Origin: Acidocella sp. | Lineage (GTDB): Bacteria > Pseudomonadota > Alphaproteobacteria > Acetobacterales > Acetobacteraceae | Assembly: GCA_031291755.1 (NCBI GenBank) | Contig: JARLIK010000011.1 | Coordinates: 36,066 to 100,065 of the forward strand | Direction: 5' to 3' | Length of the DNA: 64,000 nt | Shown: positions 20,221-30,625 of the stretch, one piece after another | Layout: every line of letters begins with the position of its first letter | How positions within the stretch are numbered: the first letter of the stretch is position 1 | The notes under the pieces: model-generated | Seen by the model: only the letters and a program-made list of their open reading frames with translations | The model's database searches: none | Told to the model about the DNA's origin: nothing | Program-made: the position numbers and the translations under genes

Positions 20221-21614
20221 TTGGCAGCCTGCCGTTTTTTATATTGTGCCAGAAACGTAGCCGCTTGTGGCCTTGGCATATCCCGGTAACGGGTCCAGCC
20301 GCCGGCCAGCGGCATTTTTGCAATCCAGCCGCCTTTGGCGAATACCGGCATCACCCGCAGCGCCATATTGCTGGCAATTTGATAGAGCGCAGGCCTTAGT
20401 GCCAAAAATTCCCATATCCGCAGGGCCCAGGCGGTATAAACAGGCTCGTAACCTTGCACCCAGGCCTTGGTGCGCCAGCCCCGGATGAGCTTGGGCAGCG
20501 GGATCGCCACCGGGCAGACCTCCTGGCACTGGCCGTTTAGAGTGCAGGCGCGCGGTAAATCCTGAGATTTTTCCAAACCATCCAAACTTGGCGTGATCAC
20601 GGAGCCCATCGGTCCCGGATATGTCGCACCATAGGCGTGGCCGCCGATCTGGCGGTACACCACGCAATGATTCATACAGGCGCCACATCGCAAACAGCGC
20701 AGCATTTCCGCCAGCCCTTCCGCCAGCATCGTTGTGCGTCCTGCATCCACCAGCACAATATGAAATTCCTCTGGCCCATCGACATCACCGGTTCGCTTCG
20801 GCCCTGCGTGAAATGTGGTGTATTGCGTCAGTTCGGCACCGGTTGCGGAACGCACCAGCAAGCGCAGCATGGTCATGGCTTCCACCATGCTGGGCACCAG
20901 TTTCTCAATCCCCGCTGTCACAATATGCACGCGCGGCGGCGTGGTGGTCAGCTCGGCATTGCCTTCATTGGTCACAGTGCAGATGGCGCCGGTATCCGCA
21001 ATCAAAAAATTCGCGCCAGAGATTCCAACATCGGCTGCCATGAATTTTTCACGCAAATTGCGCCGCGCTGAATTCACCATCTGTTCGACGGTTTCCAGCG
21101 CACCTGGGTCGGTATGGTTGGCCCTAAATAAGTCGCCCACCTGCTCGCGGGTTTTATGCAGCGCCGGCCAGATGATGTGCGAAGGTTTTTCGTGAGCCAG
21201 TTGGATGATATGCTCGGCGAGGTCAGTCTCAACCCGCTCAATTCCCGCTGCCTCCAGCGCGTGCGGCAGGCCGATTTCCTCACCCAGCATCGATTTCGAG
21301 CGGGTGACTGTTTTAGCGTTGGCGGCTTTGCAAATACCCACCACAATTTCGCAGGCTTCCTGGCCAGTGCGGGCCCAATGAATTTTAGCTCCGGTCTTTT
21401 TGGCGTTGGTTTCAAACTGGTTAAGGTAATATTCCATGTTGGCGATCACATGGTCTTTAATGTCGCGCCCTAACACACGGGCCTGGGCAAATTCCGGCCA
21501 GGCGGCAATGGCGGCGGCCCGTTTGGCGCGCGCGGTGTTGGTGGTGCGGTCGATGGCGATTTTTAAGGTGGCGTCCGCGAGTGCCGCCGTGACCCGGCCA
21601 TGAAACGCATTCAT
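20217..21614 (-). CDS. lutB: Lactate utilization protein B (LUD + 4Fe-4S)
   Basis: ETDLAEHIIQ, PSHI, TNEGN, CLRCGACMNHC, CTLNGQCQEVCP. Confidence 0.93.
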   Translation of the reverse strand: MNAFHGRVTAALADATLKIAIDRTTNTARAKRAAAIAAWPEFAQARVLGRDIKDHVIANMEYYLNQFETNAKKTGAKIHWARTGQEACEIVVGICKAANAKTVTRSKSMLGEEIGLPHALEAAGIERVETDLAEHIIQLAHEKPSHIIWPALHKTREQVGDLFRANHTDPGALETVEQMVNSARRNLREKFMAADVGISGANFLIADTGAICTVTNEGNAELTTTPPRVHIVTAGIEKLVPSMVEAMTMLRLLVRSATGAELTQYTTFHAGPKRTGDVDGPEEFHIVLVDAGRTTMLAEGLAEMLRCLRCGACMNHCVVYRQIGGHAYGATYPGPMGSVITPSLDGLEKSQDLPRACTLNGQCQEVCPVAIPLPKLIRGWRTKAWVQGYEPVYTAWALRIWEFLALRPALYQIASNMALRVMPVFAKGGWIAKMPLAGGWTRYRDMPRPQAATFLAQYKKRQAAK

Positions 21615-22375
21615 GCGGTTTCTCCAATCGCCAGGCCATCGCCCATCCCGGCGAGAATTTCGGCGGTATGAAAGGCCCGCACCTTCGAGCCGTCACGATG
21701 TAATTTGCCCGCCATATTCATCAGGCAACCTAAATCGCCACCCAGCAGCAAGTCAGCACCAGTGGCGTTAATGGCGGCAGCTTTTTCACCCACAATGGCG
21801 TTTGAGATATCAGGATACTTCACGCAAAACGTGCCACCAAACCCGCAGCAAACATTTGCCCCTTCCAGTGGCCGCATTTCCAAACCTGCCACGCCGGCCA
21901 GCATTTTCCGCGGCTGCGCCTGCACGTTCAAACTACGTAGGCCACTGCAACTATCATGATAAGTGGCGGTGGCGGCACAACTGACATCTTTCGGACGCCA
22001 TGCCCAGATATCGCTCATATAGCTCAGCAATTCGTATGTCCGATTTGCTAAATCCACCGCCTTGGCGTGCCAGACCGGGTCAGCTTCGAATAAATCTGGA
22101 TAGTCTTTTTTGATGGTCGCAGCACAGGACCCAGATGGCACAACCACATGGTCGAACCCCGCCAATAATTTTATATTTTGCTTGGCAATCTTGCGTGTAC
22201 CATCCTGGTCGCCGGAATTAAGTGCCGGTTGGCCGCAGCAGGTCTGGCCCATCGGCACTTCCACTACGCAATTGACCTGCTCCAGCAGGGCCAGCGCAGC
22301 AAAGCCGATCTGTGGCCGCATCGCATCCACCAGGCAGGTGGCAAACAGCGCAACACGCGGCGGATTATTTTTCAT
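21611..22375 (-). CDS. lutA: Lactate utilization protein A (CCG domain)
   Basis: QTCCGQPA, TYHDSCS, CCGFGGTF, DLGCLMN. Confidence 0.93.
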   Translation of the reverse strand: MKNNPPRVALFATCLVDAMRPQIGFAALALLEQVNCVVEVPMGQTCCGQPALNSGDQDGTRKIAKQNIKLLAGFDHVVVPSGSCAATIKKDYPDLFEADPVWHAKAVDLANRTYELLSYMSDIWAWRPKDVSCAATATYHDSCSGLRSLNVQAQPRKMLAGVAGLEMRPLEGANVCCGFGGTFCVKYPDISNAIVGEKAAAINATGADLLLGGDLGCLMNMAGKLHRDGSKVRAFHTAEILAGMGDGLAIGETA

Positions 22376-23603
22376 AGGCTTCCATTCGCTCCATGTCCCG
22401 CAGGCTCGGGAATAATTTCATCCATAATAGCGCTACTGCAACGCTGCCAATACCGCCTAATATCACGGCAGGCACAGCACCCAGCAGGGCTGCGGTAAAG
22501 CCGCTTTCAAATTCGCCCAGATTGTTGGAGGCGCCGATGAACAGGTAGTTCACCGCACCCACCCGGCCACGCATGTTATCGGGCGTACGCAACTGCACCA
22601 GTGAGGTCCGGATGATCACGCTTACCGTGTCGGAGGCACCCATTACAAATAAAGCCGCCAGCGAGAGCACAAAATACTGCGAAATGCCAAAGACTGTGGT
22701 CGCAAGCCCAAACACAATCACCGCCTGAAACATCCGCATGCCTACCCGGCGCTCCATGGCGTGCCGGGCCACCCAGATGGTCATCAGCAACGAACCAACG
22801 GCAGGCGCGCCGCGCAAAATGCCTAAGCCCCAGGGGCCGGTATGCAGAATATCGCGGGCATAAATAGGCAGCAGAGCGGTGGCACCACCCAGCAGCACCG
22901 CAAATAAATCGAGTGAGATCGTGCCCAGGATTGCGGGGTTGTGCCATACGAACCCAACACCCGCGAATAAGGATGCCAGCGTGGGCGGTTCCTTGGCAAC
23001 GGCCGGCCGGTCCATTTGGATCAAGCCGTTCAGCACGGTCGCCAGCAGCCAAAGGGCGGCCATTAACGCATAAGGCAATACCGGGCTGATGGCATAGGCG
23101 AAACCGCCAATGGCGGGGCCGATAATGGTAGCGGTCTGAAACGCCCCGTTGGAAATGGCCGTGCCTTTTTGCAGCATGCCATCGGGTACCACGCCCGGAA
23201 GCAGCGCTGCGCTCGCCGGGCTGCCAAAGGCGCGGGAGCCTCCGAGCACCACAACCGCCGCGAAAATCTCACCAACGGTCAGCCAGCCTGCGAACGTGCC
23301 CCAGGCCAGGAATATCGCGGCCATCGCTTCGGCAATCTGGCATAATTGCAAAACCAATTTACGCTCATAACGGTCCACAGCGTGGCCGCCAATAAAGGTA
23401 AGTGCGGCCATGGGGATAAATTGCGCAACGCCGATCAAGCCTAAATCAAAGGCGCTGCTGGTCATGGCATAGATCTGCCAGCCCATCGCCACGGCGCCCA
23501 TCTGGAAGGCCATCGAGGAAAAGCCCCGCCCGAGGACCAAATACACAAACGGTGGATGACGAAGCAGGGTGCGGGCGCTGCCGGCGATAATCTCAGAGGG
23601 CAT
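22365..23603 (-). CDS. MFS transporter (DHA3/EntS-like)
   Basis: About 12 TM helices; LDLFAVLLGGATALLP, MRGRV...LGEFESG. Confidence 0.85.
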   Translation of the reverse strand: MPSEIIAGSARTLLRHPPFVYLVLGRGFSSMAFQMGAVAMGWQIYAMTSSAFDLGLIGVAQFIPMAALTFIGGHAVDRYERKLVLQLCQIAEAMAAIFLAWGTFAGWLTVGEIFAAVVVLGGSRAFGSPASAALLPGVVPDGMLQKGTAISNGAFQTATIIGPAIGGFAYAISPVLPYALMAALWLLATVLNGLIQMDRPAVAKEPPTLASLFAGVGFVWHNPAILGTISLDLFAVLLGGATALLPIYARDILHTGPWGLGILRGAPAVGSLLMTIWVARHAMERRVGMRMFQAVIVFGLATTVFGISQYFVLSLAALFVMGASDTVSVIIRTSLVQLRTPDNMRGRVGAVNYLFIGASNNLGEFESGFTAALLGAVPAVILGGIGSVAVALLWMKLFPSLRDMERMEAYEK

Positions 23604-23624
23604 GCGCCCGGCTATAGCACGGTG

Positions 23625-24383
23625 CTAGCTCGTGCCTAGCGCTGCGGCGGTCTCCGGGGCGGCAATCAAAGCCTCCTCCTTTAAATCAACACCTGTAAGC
23701 TTGCGGTGCAGCGCTTCGCGCATCAGCCAGGCCAGCGTGTCGGCAGCCATGTCGTAGGATAACCCACCCTTGCCATGGATGTTGGAAATGCAGTTGCGCG
23801 CCGAATCGCGGGTGCCGCGCTTTGGGTCGTAGGTGAGGTAAATGCCCAGGCTTTCCGAAACACTTAACCCTGGCCGCTCGCCGATCAACATGACGCATAG
23901 TTTTGCGCCCAGCCGCTCGCCGATGTCATCGCCGATCGCTACCCGCCCTTGGGTGGCAATCACCACTGGCGCGATTTTCAAATCATGCAGCCGGTTCAAG
24001 GCGGCCTTCAGCATCGGCACGGCATTCAGCGAAACCGCGGTGGCTGAAAGCCCGTCAGCGATTACGAACACCGCGTCATAATCCCCTGGAGTCAGCAAAG
24101 CCTCGCAATCAGGGTGCAATTGCCGGCCTAAATCAGGGCGGCGCAGATAAATCTCCCTCGAATCCGCGGCACTGCGCACCTCGATCACCTGGCCCTGGAT
24201 GGCGGATTTCAGGGGTGCGGTATCCAGCTTGGTATGCACAGCATCCCGCGCCTTGGCGTGCGCCAACTGGAATTCCAGCACATCCTTGAGTAGCAGGGCA
24301 TCGCCGACGCGCCCCAGCCCGATGCGGGCGCGGGTGGTGGCCCGTAGTTTGGCCCAGGGGTCGAGTTCAGGCGGCAGCGGCAC
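23625..24383 (-). CDS. eutC: Ethanolamine ammonia-lyase small subunit
   Basis: ARIGLGR, HAKARDAV, YLRRPDLGR, LIGERPGL, RNCISNI. Confidence 0.95.
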   Translation of the reverse strand: MPLPPELDPWAKLRATTRARIGLGRVGDALLLKDVLEFQLAHAKARDAVHTKLDTAPLKSAIQGQVIEVRSAADSREIYLRRPDLGRQLHPDCEALLTPGDYDAVFVIADGLSATAVSLNAVPMLKAALNRLHDLKIAPVVIATQGRVAIGDDIGERLGAKLCVMLIGERPGLSVSESLGIYLTYDPKRGTRDSARNCISNIHGKGGLSYDMAADTLAWLMREALHRKLTGVDLKEEALIAAPETAAALGTS

Positions 24384-25761
24384 TGATCAGCCTTTGTAAC
24401 ATCTTGTTTTGTGGCCCGGCCATGCGCATCCGGCCTTTGCGGTCCACCATGTCCATTTTTTCCAGCCACAGCTCAAATTCCGGCGCCGGTTTCACCCCGA
24501 AGGTCGAGCGTAAATACAGCAGGTCGTGGTAAGAAAGACTCTGGTAGTTCAGCATCACGTCATCGGCCCCCGGCACGGTAATGACAAACGTTACCCCCGC
24601 CGCCGTCAGCAGGGTCATCAGCGTGTCCATGTCATCCTGGTCGGCCTCGGCGTGGTTGGTGTAGCAAACGTCGCACCCCATCGGCACGCCCAGCAGCTTG
24701 CCGCAGAAATGATCCTCCAGCCCGGCCCGGATGATCTGCTTACCGTCGTAGAGGTACTCCGGCCCGATGAACCCCACCACCGTGTTCACTAAAAGTGGGT
24801 TAAATGCCCGCGCCACCGCATAGGCCCGCGCCTCGATGGTCTGCTGGTCGATGCCGAAATGCGCTTCGGCGCTCAGCGCCGCCCCCTGGCCGGTCTCAAA
24901 ATACATCACATCCTGGCCGATGCTTCCGCGCTTGAGCGCCAGGGCGGCTTCACGGGCTTCCTGCAAAATGCCCAGATTGACCCCAAACCCGGCATTGGCG
25001 GCTTCACTCCCCGCAATGGACTGAAACACCAAATCCACCGCGCCACCTCTATTCATCACCTCGATGACATTCGTCACATGGGTCAGCACACAAGTTTGGG
25101 TGGGAATTTCATAGCGTTGCCGCAGGCCGTCCAGCATCTCCAGCAGTGCCAGACAGTTTGGTACATTGTCGGTGGCCGGGTTGATCCCGATCACCGCATC
25201 GCCGGTGCCGTAAAGCAGCCCATCGAGCGTGGAAGCCGCGATGCCGCGCAGATCATCGGTGGGGTGGTTGGGCTGCAACCTTGTGGCAAGCCGCCCCGGC
25301 AGCCCGAGCGTGTTGCGGAACGCTGTGACCACCTCACATTTGCGGGCCACCGCGATCAAATCCTGGTTGCGCATTAGCTTCGAGACCGCCGCCACCATCT
25401 CCGGCGTCAGCCCAGGGGCCAAAGCCCGCAAGGCCGCCGAGTCCGCCTCATACCCCAACAGCCAATCCCGCAAGCCGCCCACCGTAAGGTGTGAAACCGG
25501 CGCAAATGCCTCGGTATCGTGGCTATCCAGTATCAGCCGGGTCACCTCATCGGCCTCGTAGGGGATCAGCGCCTCGTTCAGGAAGGTGGCAAGTGGCAAA
25601 TCCGCCAGCACCGCCCGCGCCGCCACCCGCTGTGCATCACTCTGCGCCGCCAGCCCAGCCAATTCATCACCCGACCGCCGGGCTGAGGCGCAGGCCAGAA
25701 CCGACTTCAAATCATCAAACCGGTAGGTCTCGCCCCCGAAACTCGTTGCATATCGTGCCAT
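24367..25761 (-). CDS. eutB: Ethanolamine ammonia-lyase large subunit
   Basis: RLQPNHPTDD, GDAVIGINP, MYFETGQG, VNTVVGFIGPEY, CYTNHAEADQ. Confidence 0.96.
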   Translation of the reverse strand: MARYATSFGGETYRFDDLKSVLACASARRSGDELAGLAAQSDAQRVAARAVLADLPLATFLNEALIPYEADEVTRLILDSHDTEAFAPVSHLTVGGLRDWLLGYEADSAALRALAPGLTPEMVAAVSKLMRNQDLIAVARKCEVVTAFRNTLGLPGRLATRLQPNHPTDDLRGIAASTLDGLLYGTGDAVIGINPATDNVPNCLALLEMLDGLRQRYEIPTQTCVLTHVTNVIEVMNRGGAVDLVFQSIAGSEAANAGFGVNLGILQEAREAALALKRGSIGQDVMYFETGQGAALSAEAHFGIDQQTIEARAYAVARAFNPLLVNTVVGFIGPEYLYDGKQIIRAGLEDHFCGKLLGVPMGCDVCYTNHAEADQDDMDTLMTLLTAAGVTFVITVPGADDVMLNYQSLSYHDLLYLRSTFGVKPAPEFELWLEKMDMVDRKGRMRMAGPQNKMLQRLISAAAA

Positions 25762-25876
25762 GGGGATCATTGAACATCGCCCTTTCTCGCGACGCAACAT
25801 AAATTAGCGCCAGGAAGGCGTAATTGGCATTGCCCGTGGCCTTTATCCCGCCCCTAGGCTGCGCTATGCCGGGAGG

Positions 25877-27094
25877 ATGAACGAGATACTTAAAAACTCG
25901 CTGCGTTCCGGGCCGGATGGCCGGGGACGTTTTGGCGAATTCGGTGGCCGGTTTGTGGCTGAAACCTTGATGCCGCTGATTTTGGAGCTGGAGACGGCCT
26001 ATGAGGCCGCCAAAGCGGACCCGAGCTTCCAGGCTGAGATCGACTATTATTTGAAGCATTATGTCGGCCGCCCCAGTGCGCTCTGGTTCGCCGAACGGCT
26101 GACCAGGCATCTCGGCGGCGCCAAGGTGTATTTTAAGCGTGATGAGCTGAACCACACCGGTGCTCATAAAATCAATAATTGCATCGGCCAGATTTTACTG
26201 GCCAAGCGGATGGGCAAAACCCGCATCATCGCCGAAACCGGCGCCGGCCAGCATGGCGTCGCCACGGCCACCGTCTGTGCGCTGTTTGGCCTGCCTTGCA
26301 CCATTTACATGGGCGCTGTGGATGTTGAGCGCCAAAAGCCCAACGTATTCCGCATGAAGCTGCTGGGGGCCGAAATTGTGCCGGTGAAATCCGGGGCAGG
26401 GACGCTGAAGGACGCCATGAACGATGCGATGCGCGATTGGGTCGCCAACGTGCAGGACACGTTTTACATCATCGGCACGGCGGCGGGTCCGCACCCGTAC
26501 CCCGCCATGGTGCGTGATTTCCAATGTGTGATTGGCGAGGAAACCAGATGGCAGTTGCAGGAAGCTGAAGGCCGCCTGCCAGACGTATGCATAGCCGCCA
26601 TCGGCGGTGGTTCTAATGCCATCGGGCTGTTCCATCCATTCCTCGATGATGCGTCAGTACGTTTGGTCGGCGTTGAAGCGGCAGGACATGGGTTGGATTC
26701 CGGTGAACATGCGGCCTCGCTCTCGCGCGGGCGTCCTGGTGTGCTGCACGGCAACCGTACTTATTTGTTGCAGAACGACGATGGGCAGATTCTCGAAGCC
26801 CATTCGATTTCAGCCGGGTTGGATTATCCCGGCATCGGGCCTGAACATTCCTGGCTGCATGACATCGGCAGAGTGGAATATGTCTCGATTACTGATGACG
26901 AAGCATTGGCGGCGTTCCAGCTTTGCACGCGCACTGAGGGCATTATTCCGGCCTTGGAACCAGCGCACGCGCTGGCTTATGTCATGAAGCTGGCCCCGAC
27001 TTTGCCGGTTGATAAGATTATCGTGATGAATCTATGTGGCCGCGGTGATAAGGATATTTTCACCGTCGCTGAACACCTTGGTTTCAAACTATGA
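25877..27094 (+). CDS. trpB: Tryptophan synthase beta chain
   Basis: [11 protein letters not shown] (PLP lysine), [27 protein letters not shown]. Confidence 0.98.
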   Translation: MNEILKNSLRSGPDGRGRFGEFGGRFVAETLMPLILELETAYEAAKADPSFQAEIDYYLKHYVGRPSALWFAERLTRHLGGAKVYFKRDELNHTGAHKINNCIGQILLAKRMGKTRIIAETGAGQHGVATATVCALFGLPCTIYMGAVDVERQKPNVFRMKLLGAEIVPVKSGAGTLKDAMNDAMRDWVANVQDTFYIIGTAAGPHPYPAMVRDFQCVIGEETRWQLQEAEGRLPDVCIAAIGGGSNAIGLFHPFLDDASVRLVGVEAAGHGLDSGEHAASLSRGRPGVLHGNRTYLLQNDDGQILEAHSISAGLDYPGIGPEHSWLHDIGRVEYVSITDDEALAAFQLCTRTEGIIPALEPAHALAYVMKLAPTLPVDKIIVMNLCGRGDKDIFTVAEHLGFKL

Positions 27095-27894
27095 GCCGTA
27101 TCGCTGGCGTTTTTGCATATTTGCGGTCTCAGAGCCGCGCTGCCCTCATTCCCTTCGTGGAAGCCTTTGACCCTGATCGTGACACCTCGCTCGCCTTACT
27201 TACCGGCATGGCGGCAAATGGCGCGGACATCATCGAGATCGGTGTGCCTTTCACCGACCCGATGGCCGATGGCCCCATCATCCAGGCGGCCGGCCGGCGG
27301 GCCTTGAATGCCGGTGCCAGCCTGCGCGGTGTGCTCGGGATTGTTCGTGAATTCCGCAAGGGTAATGATAAAACCCCGTTGGTGTTAATGGGGTATCTCA
27401 ATCCAATTCTCTCATACGGTGTGGCAGCTTTCGCCCACGATGCTGCGCAAGCGGGTGTCGATGGTTTGATCGTGGTCGATTTACCCACCGAGGAAGCTGA
27501 TTTATTGTTGCCGGATGCCGCCGCGCATGGGCTTGATTTTATTCGTCTGATCGCACCCACGACTTCGGATGAGCGTTTGCCAAAAGTGCTGGCGGGTTCA
27601 TCAGGTTTTGTATATTACGTCAGCATCACCGGCATCACTGGCACCCGTACCGCTTCGGCGGATGATTTAGCGCGCGACATCCCCCGTATCCGCCGCGTCA
27701 CTGATCTGCCGATTGCGGTCGGGTTTGGCGTGCGCACGCCCGAGCAAGCCGCGACGGTCGCGAAATATGCTGACGCCGCGATCGTGGCATCGGTATTAAT
27801 CGAGAAACTCACCAATTCCGATGTCGCTACGGTTCTGGCCGACGTTGCAGCCCTCGCCAGTGGAATTCGCCACGCGGTAAAGGCTGCCGCCTAA
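27091..27894 (+). CDS. trpA: Tryptophan synthase alpha chain
   Basis: [36 protein letters not shown]. Confidence 0.97.
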   Translation: MSRIAGVFAYLRSQSRAALIPFVEAFDPDRDTSLALLTGMAANGADIIEIGVPFTDPMADGPIIQAAGRRALNAGASLRGVLGIVREFRKGNDKTPLVLMGYLNPILSYGVAAFAHDAAQAGVDGLIVVDLPTEEADLLLPDAAAHGLDFIRLIAPTTSDERLPKVLAGSSGFVYYVSITGITGTRTASADDLARDIPRIRRVTDLPIAVGFGVRTPEQAATVAKYADAAIVASVLIEKLTNSDVATVLADVAALASGIRHAVKAAA

Positions 27895-27906
27895 ATCAAG
27901 TGGCGC

Positions 27907-27940
27907 AAAACTGTTATCATCTGCGTGAGATGATAACAGT
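27907..27940 (-). terminator. Perfect 13-bp inverted repeat, probable terminator between convergent trpA and lipoprotein gene
   Basis: ACTGTTATCATCT-GCGTG-AGATGATAACAGT, followed by a T-run on the minus strand. Confidence 0.6.
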
Positions 27941-27961
27941 CTAACGACCACCGCTATCGCA

Positions 27962-28150
27962 TTAAGGGTGATGATCATCGCCGGGGCCAGGTCCAGGACC
28001 GGGGCCAGGGCCGTGGTCACCGCCGTAACCGGGGCCATGATCGCCATAACCGCCGCCACCGCCGTCATAATGATCGTGGCCGGGGAAATAACAGCCGGCG
28101 AGTGTCAGTGCGAAGATAGCCAGTGTGAGGGACGTCAATATTTTTTTCAT
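27962..28150 (-). CDS. Small Gly/Pro/His-rich lipoprotein
   Basis: MKK + hydrophobic stretch + lipobox LAGC; AGGAG RBS; GDHGPG repeats. Confidence 0.75.
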   Translation of the reverse strand: MKKILTSLTLAIFALTLAGCYFPGHDHYDGGGGGYGDHGPGYGGDHGPGPGPGPGPGDDHHP

Positions 28151-28266
28151 CTAGGAAACTCCTGAAACCAAGTGCACTCTACGTGGTGCGCCCTAGTGGG
28201 GTGCCGCATGAAAAACGGATTAAGCCTTGGTAACTAGAGTATCATCGCCTTACGCGCGATCATAAT

Positions 28267-29028
28267 CTAGCGTTTGCCCCAGCAGACAAAATGCGGATTT
28301 TCAAACCCTGGTTTGCCATAGCCCATCGGCACCCCATCCATGGTGAGCACGCAGCCGCCAGCGGCTTCCAATACCGCTTGCGGGGCGGCGGTGTCCCATT
28401 CCATGGTGCGGCCCAGGCGCGGGTAAAAATCCGCTTTGCCTTCTGCCAAATAACAAAATTTCAGTGCCGAACCGATATTTGTCACGGAAGCGATTTTAAA
28501 TTGCGACAGATAAGTCGCCAGCGCTGGATCATCTTTGTAGTGGCGCGACGCCATGATCGTCAGCCCTTCCGGTGGGGCCGTGCGGGCCGCTATCGGCTGG
28601 GTGCCGTGCGGTGATTTCTTCCAGGCACCCACGCCAGTAATACCGTAATAGACCTCATGCGTGGCAGGCGATGCCACCGCCGCCAGTACCGCTCTGCCAG
28701 ACCTAACCAGCGCGATATTCACCGCATATTCGGGCCGCCCGGCGGCAAATTCGCGGGTGCCATCCAGCGGGTCCACCAGCCAGTATTCATCGCCTGTATG
28801 GGTCACTTTCCCAGCCGCCACTTCCTCCTCGGCAATCACCGGTATTTGCGGGGTGGCGGCCCGCAGCCCTTCGGTGATCACGCGCTCTGCCCGCATGTCA
28901 GCTAAAGTGACGGGTGTTGTGTCGTCTTTGCTGTGCACCGTGAAACCGGCATCCCGCACAGCCAGAATTTCAACAGCGGCGGCTTCCACCAGCCTGACAG
29001 CCAGTTCAACGAGTGATTGATTATCCAT
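28267..29028 (-). CDS. cysQ: 3'(2'),5'-bisphosphate nucleotidase CysQ
   Basis: PVTLAD, WLVDPLDGTREF, GSALKFC, MEWDTAA; start set at ATG 29028. Confidence 0.93.
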   Translation of the reverse strand: MDNQSLVELAVRLVEAAAVEILAVRDAGFTVHSKDDTTPVTLADMRAERVITEGLRAATPQIPVIAEEEVAAGKVTHTGDEYWLVDPLDGTREFAAGRPEYAVNIALVRSGRAVLAAVASPATHEVYYGITGVGAWKKSPHGTQPIAARTAPPEGLTIMASRHYKDDPALATYLSQFKIASVTNIGSALKFCYLAEGKADFYPRLGRTMEWDTAAPQAVLEAAGGCVLTMDGVPMGYGKPGFENPHFVCWGKR

Positions 29029-29113
29029 GCCGGGCTGATAGCCTTGGAACCCACACTCGCCAAGTGCCGCCGCCCTGTTATGGTGGCACCAACCAAACCA
29101 GATGGAGTTTTTG

Positions 29114-30625
29114 ATGTTGCAGATCGCCTTTGCCAAAGCCGTATTGCCTAAATCCGGCGTTCTGGTGGTTCCAGTCGCAGAGGGGGGCGCACTTGAGGGC
29201 CTCGCCGCAGCTCTGGATAAAGCGCTGGGCGGAGGTCTCGGCCGGGCCATGGAGGCAGCGAGCTTCACCGGCAAAAAAGGCCAGTCGGCCAGCTTGCTGG
29301 CTCCCGGTGCCGGGTTGAAGCGCGTGCTGCTGATGGGCATTGGCAAGGCCGACAGCTTCACCGCCAAACTGGCGGAAGAGTTCGGCGGCTCGGCACAGGT
29401 TGCCATGGTGAAGGAAGCTGAAGCAACGGTGCTGGCCGATAAACTTACTCCTGAACTGGCAGCGCATGTCGGTTTCGGTGCGCGGTTGCGCTCCTACCGG
29501 TTCGACAAATACCGCACCAACGAAAAGGAAGATGAAAAGCCCAAATTAACCGGCCTCAAAATCCTTAGCGCCTCGGCGGTAAAGTCCGAAGCTGCTTACG
29601 CACCCTTGGCTGCTGTCGCTGAAGGGGTTGAACTGACACGTAATCTGGTCACCGAGCCAGCCAATGAGCTTTACCCGGAGGAGTTTGCCAAACGCACCGA
29701 GGCTTTGAAGAAGCTCGGCATCAAGGTGGAGATTTTCGACAAAAAAGACCTCGAAAAACTCGGCTTCGGCTCGCTGCTATGCGTGGGATGGGGCAGTGCC
29801 CGGGAGTCCCGCATGGTGGTGATGCAGTGGTTTGGCGCGTCGGGCAGCAGCAATACCGAAGGCAAAAAGACCAAAAAGCTGAAAGACCCGATCGCCTTCA
29901 TCGGTAAGGGCGTGACTTTCGACACGGGTGGCATTTCCATCAAACCCGCTGCCGGGATGGAAGATATGAAATGGGACATGGCGGGTGCTGGTGCTGTAAC
30001 CGGGCTGATGGCGGCCCTCGCCGGGCGCAAGGCCAAGGTGGATGCGGTGGGGCTGATTGGACTGGTGGAAAACATGCCGTCTGGCACCGCCATCCGGCCA
30101 GGCGATGTGGTGAAATCCTATTCCGGCCAGACGATTGAGGTACTGAACACCGATGCTGAAGGCCGCCTGGTACTGGCCGATGTGCTGTATTACGCGCAGC
30201 AACGCTTTGCGCCGAAATATATGGTCAACCTTGCGACTCTGACCGGTGCGATCATCGTCGGGCTGGGTCATGAATATGCCGGGCTGTTTAGTAACAATGA
30301 TGAGCTGGTGGAGAAATTACTGGCCGCGGGCAAGGAGACCGGCGAGGGGCTGTGGCGGATGCCGCTGGCGCCGTTGGGCGAGACCTATGATAAAAACATC
30401 AATTCCGACATTGCTGATGTGAAAAACATCGGTGGCGGCCGCGCAGGCGGGTCGATCACCGCCGCGCAATTCCTGCAGCGTTTTGTTAACGGCAAGCCCT
30501 GGGCGCATCTGGATATTGCCGGTATGGCCTGGGCGGGCAAGGACACCGCCGTCACCCCGAAAGGGGCAACGGCGTTTGGCGTGCGGCTGCTCGACCGGTT
30601 CGTGAAGGATAATTTCGAGAAGTGA
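29114..30625 (+). CDS. pepA: Leucyl aminopeptidase (M17)
   Basis: GKGVTFDTGGISIK, MKWDMAG, NTDAEGRL, HLDIAG. Confidence 0.97.
   Translation: MLQIAFAKAVLPKSGVLVVPVAEGGALEGLAAALDKALGGGLGRAMEAASFTGKKGQSASLLAPGAGLKRVLLMGIGKADSFTAKLAEEFGGSAQVAMVKEAEATVLADKLTPELAAHVGFGARLRSYRFDKYRTNEKEDEKPKLTGLKILSASAVKSEAAYAPLAAVAEGVELTRNLVTEPANELYPEEFAKRTEALKKLGIKVEIFDKKDLEKLGFGSLLCVGWGSARESRMVVMQWFGASGSSNTEGKKTKKLKDPIAFIGKGVTFDTGGISIKPAAGMEDMKWDMAGAGAVTGLMAALAGRKAKVDAVGLIGLVENMPSGTAIRPGDVVKSYSGQTIEVLNTDAEGRLVLADVLYYAQQRFAPKYMVNLATLTGAIIVGLGHEYAGLFSNNDELVEKLLAAGKETGEGLWRMPLAPLGETYDKNINSDIADVKNIGGGRAGGSITAAQFLQRFVNGKPWAHLDIAGMAWAGKDTAVTPKGATAFGVRLLDRFVKDNFEK

Noticed and set aside
25762-25876. Cobalamin riboswitch before eutB
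   Set aside because: Intergenic region too short and no B12 box
28267-29028. cysQ as part of the flagellar sulfation system
   Set aside because: 8 kb away among housekeeping genes; no evidence of linkage
29029-29406. Long N-terminal extension of cysQ overlapping pepA antisense
   Set aside because: Shadow ORF in GC-rich DNA; CysQ similarity starts at MDNQ (29028)
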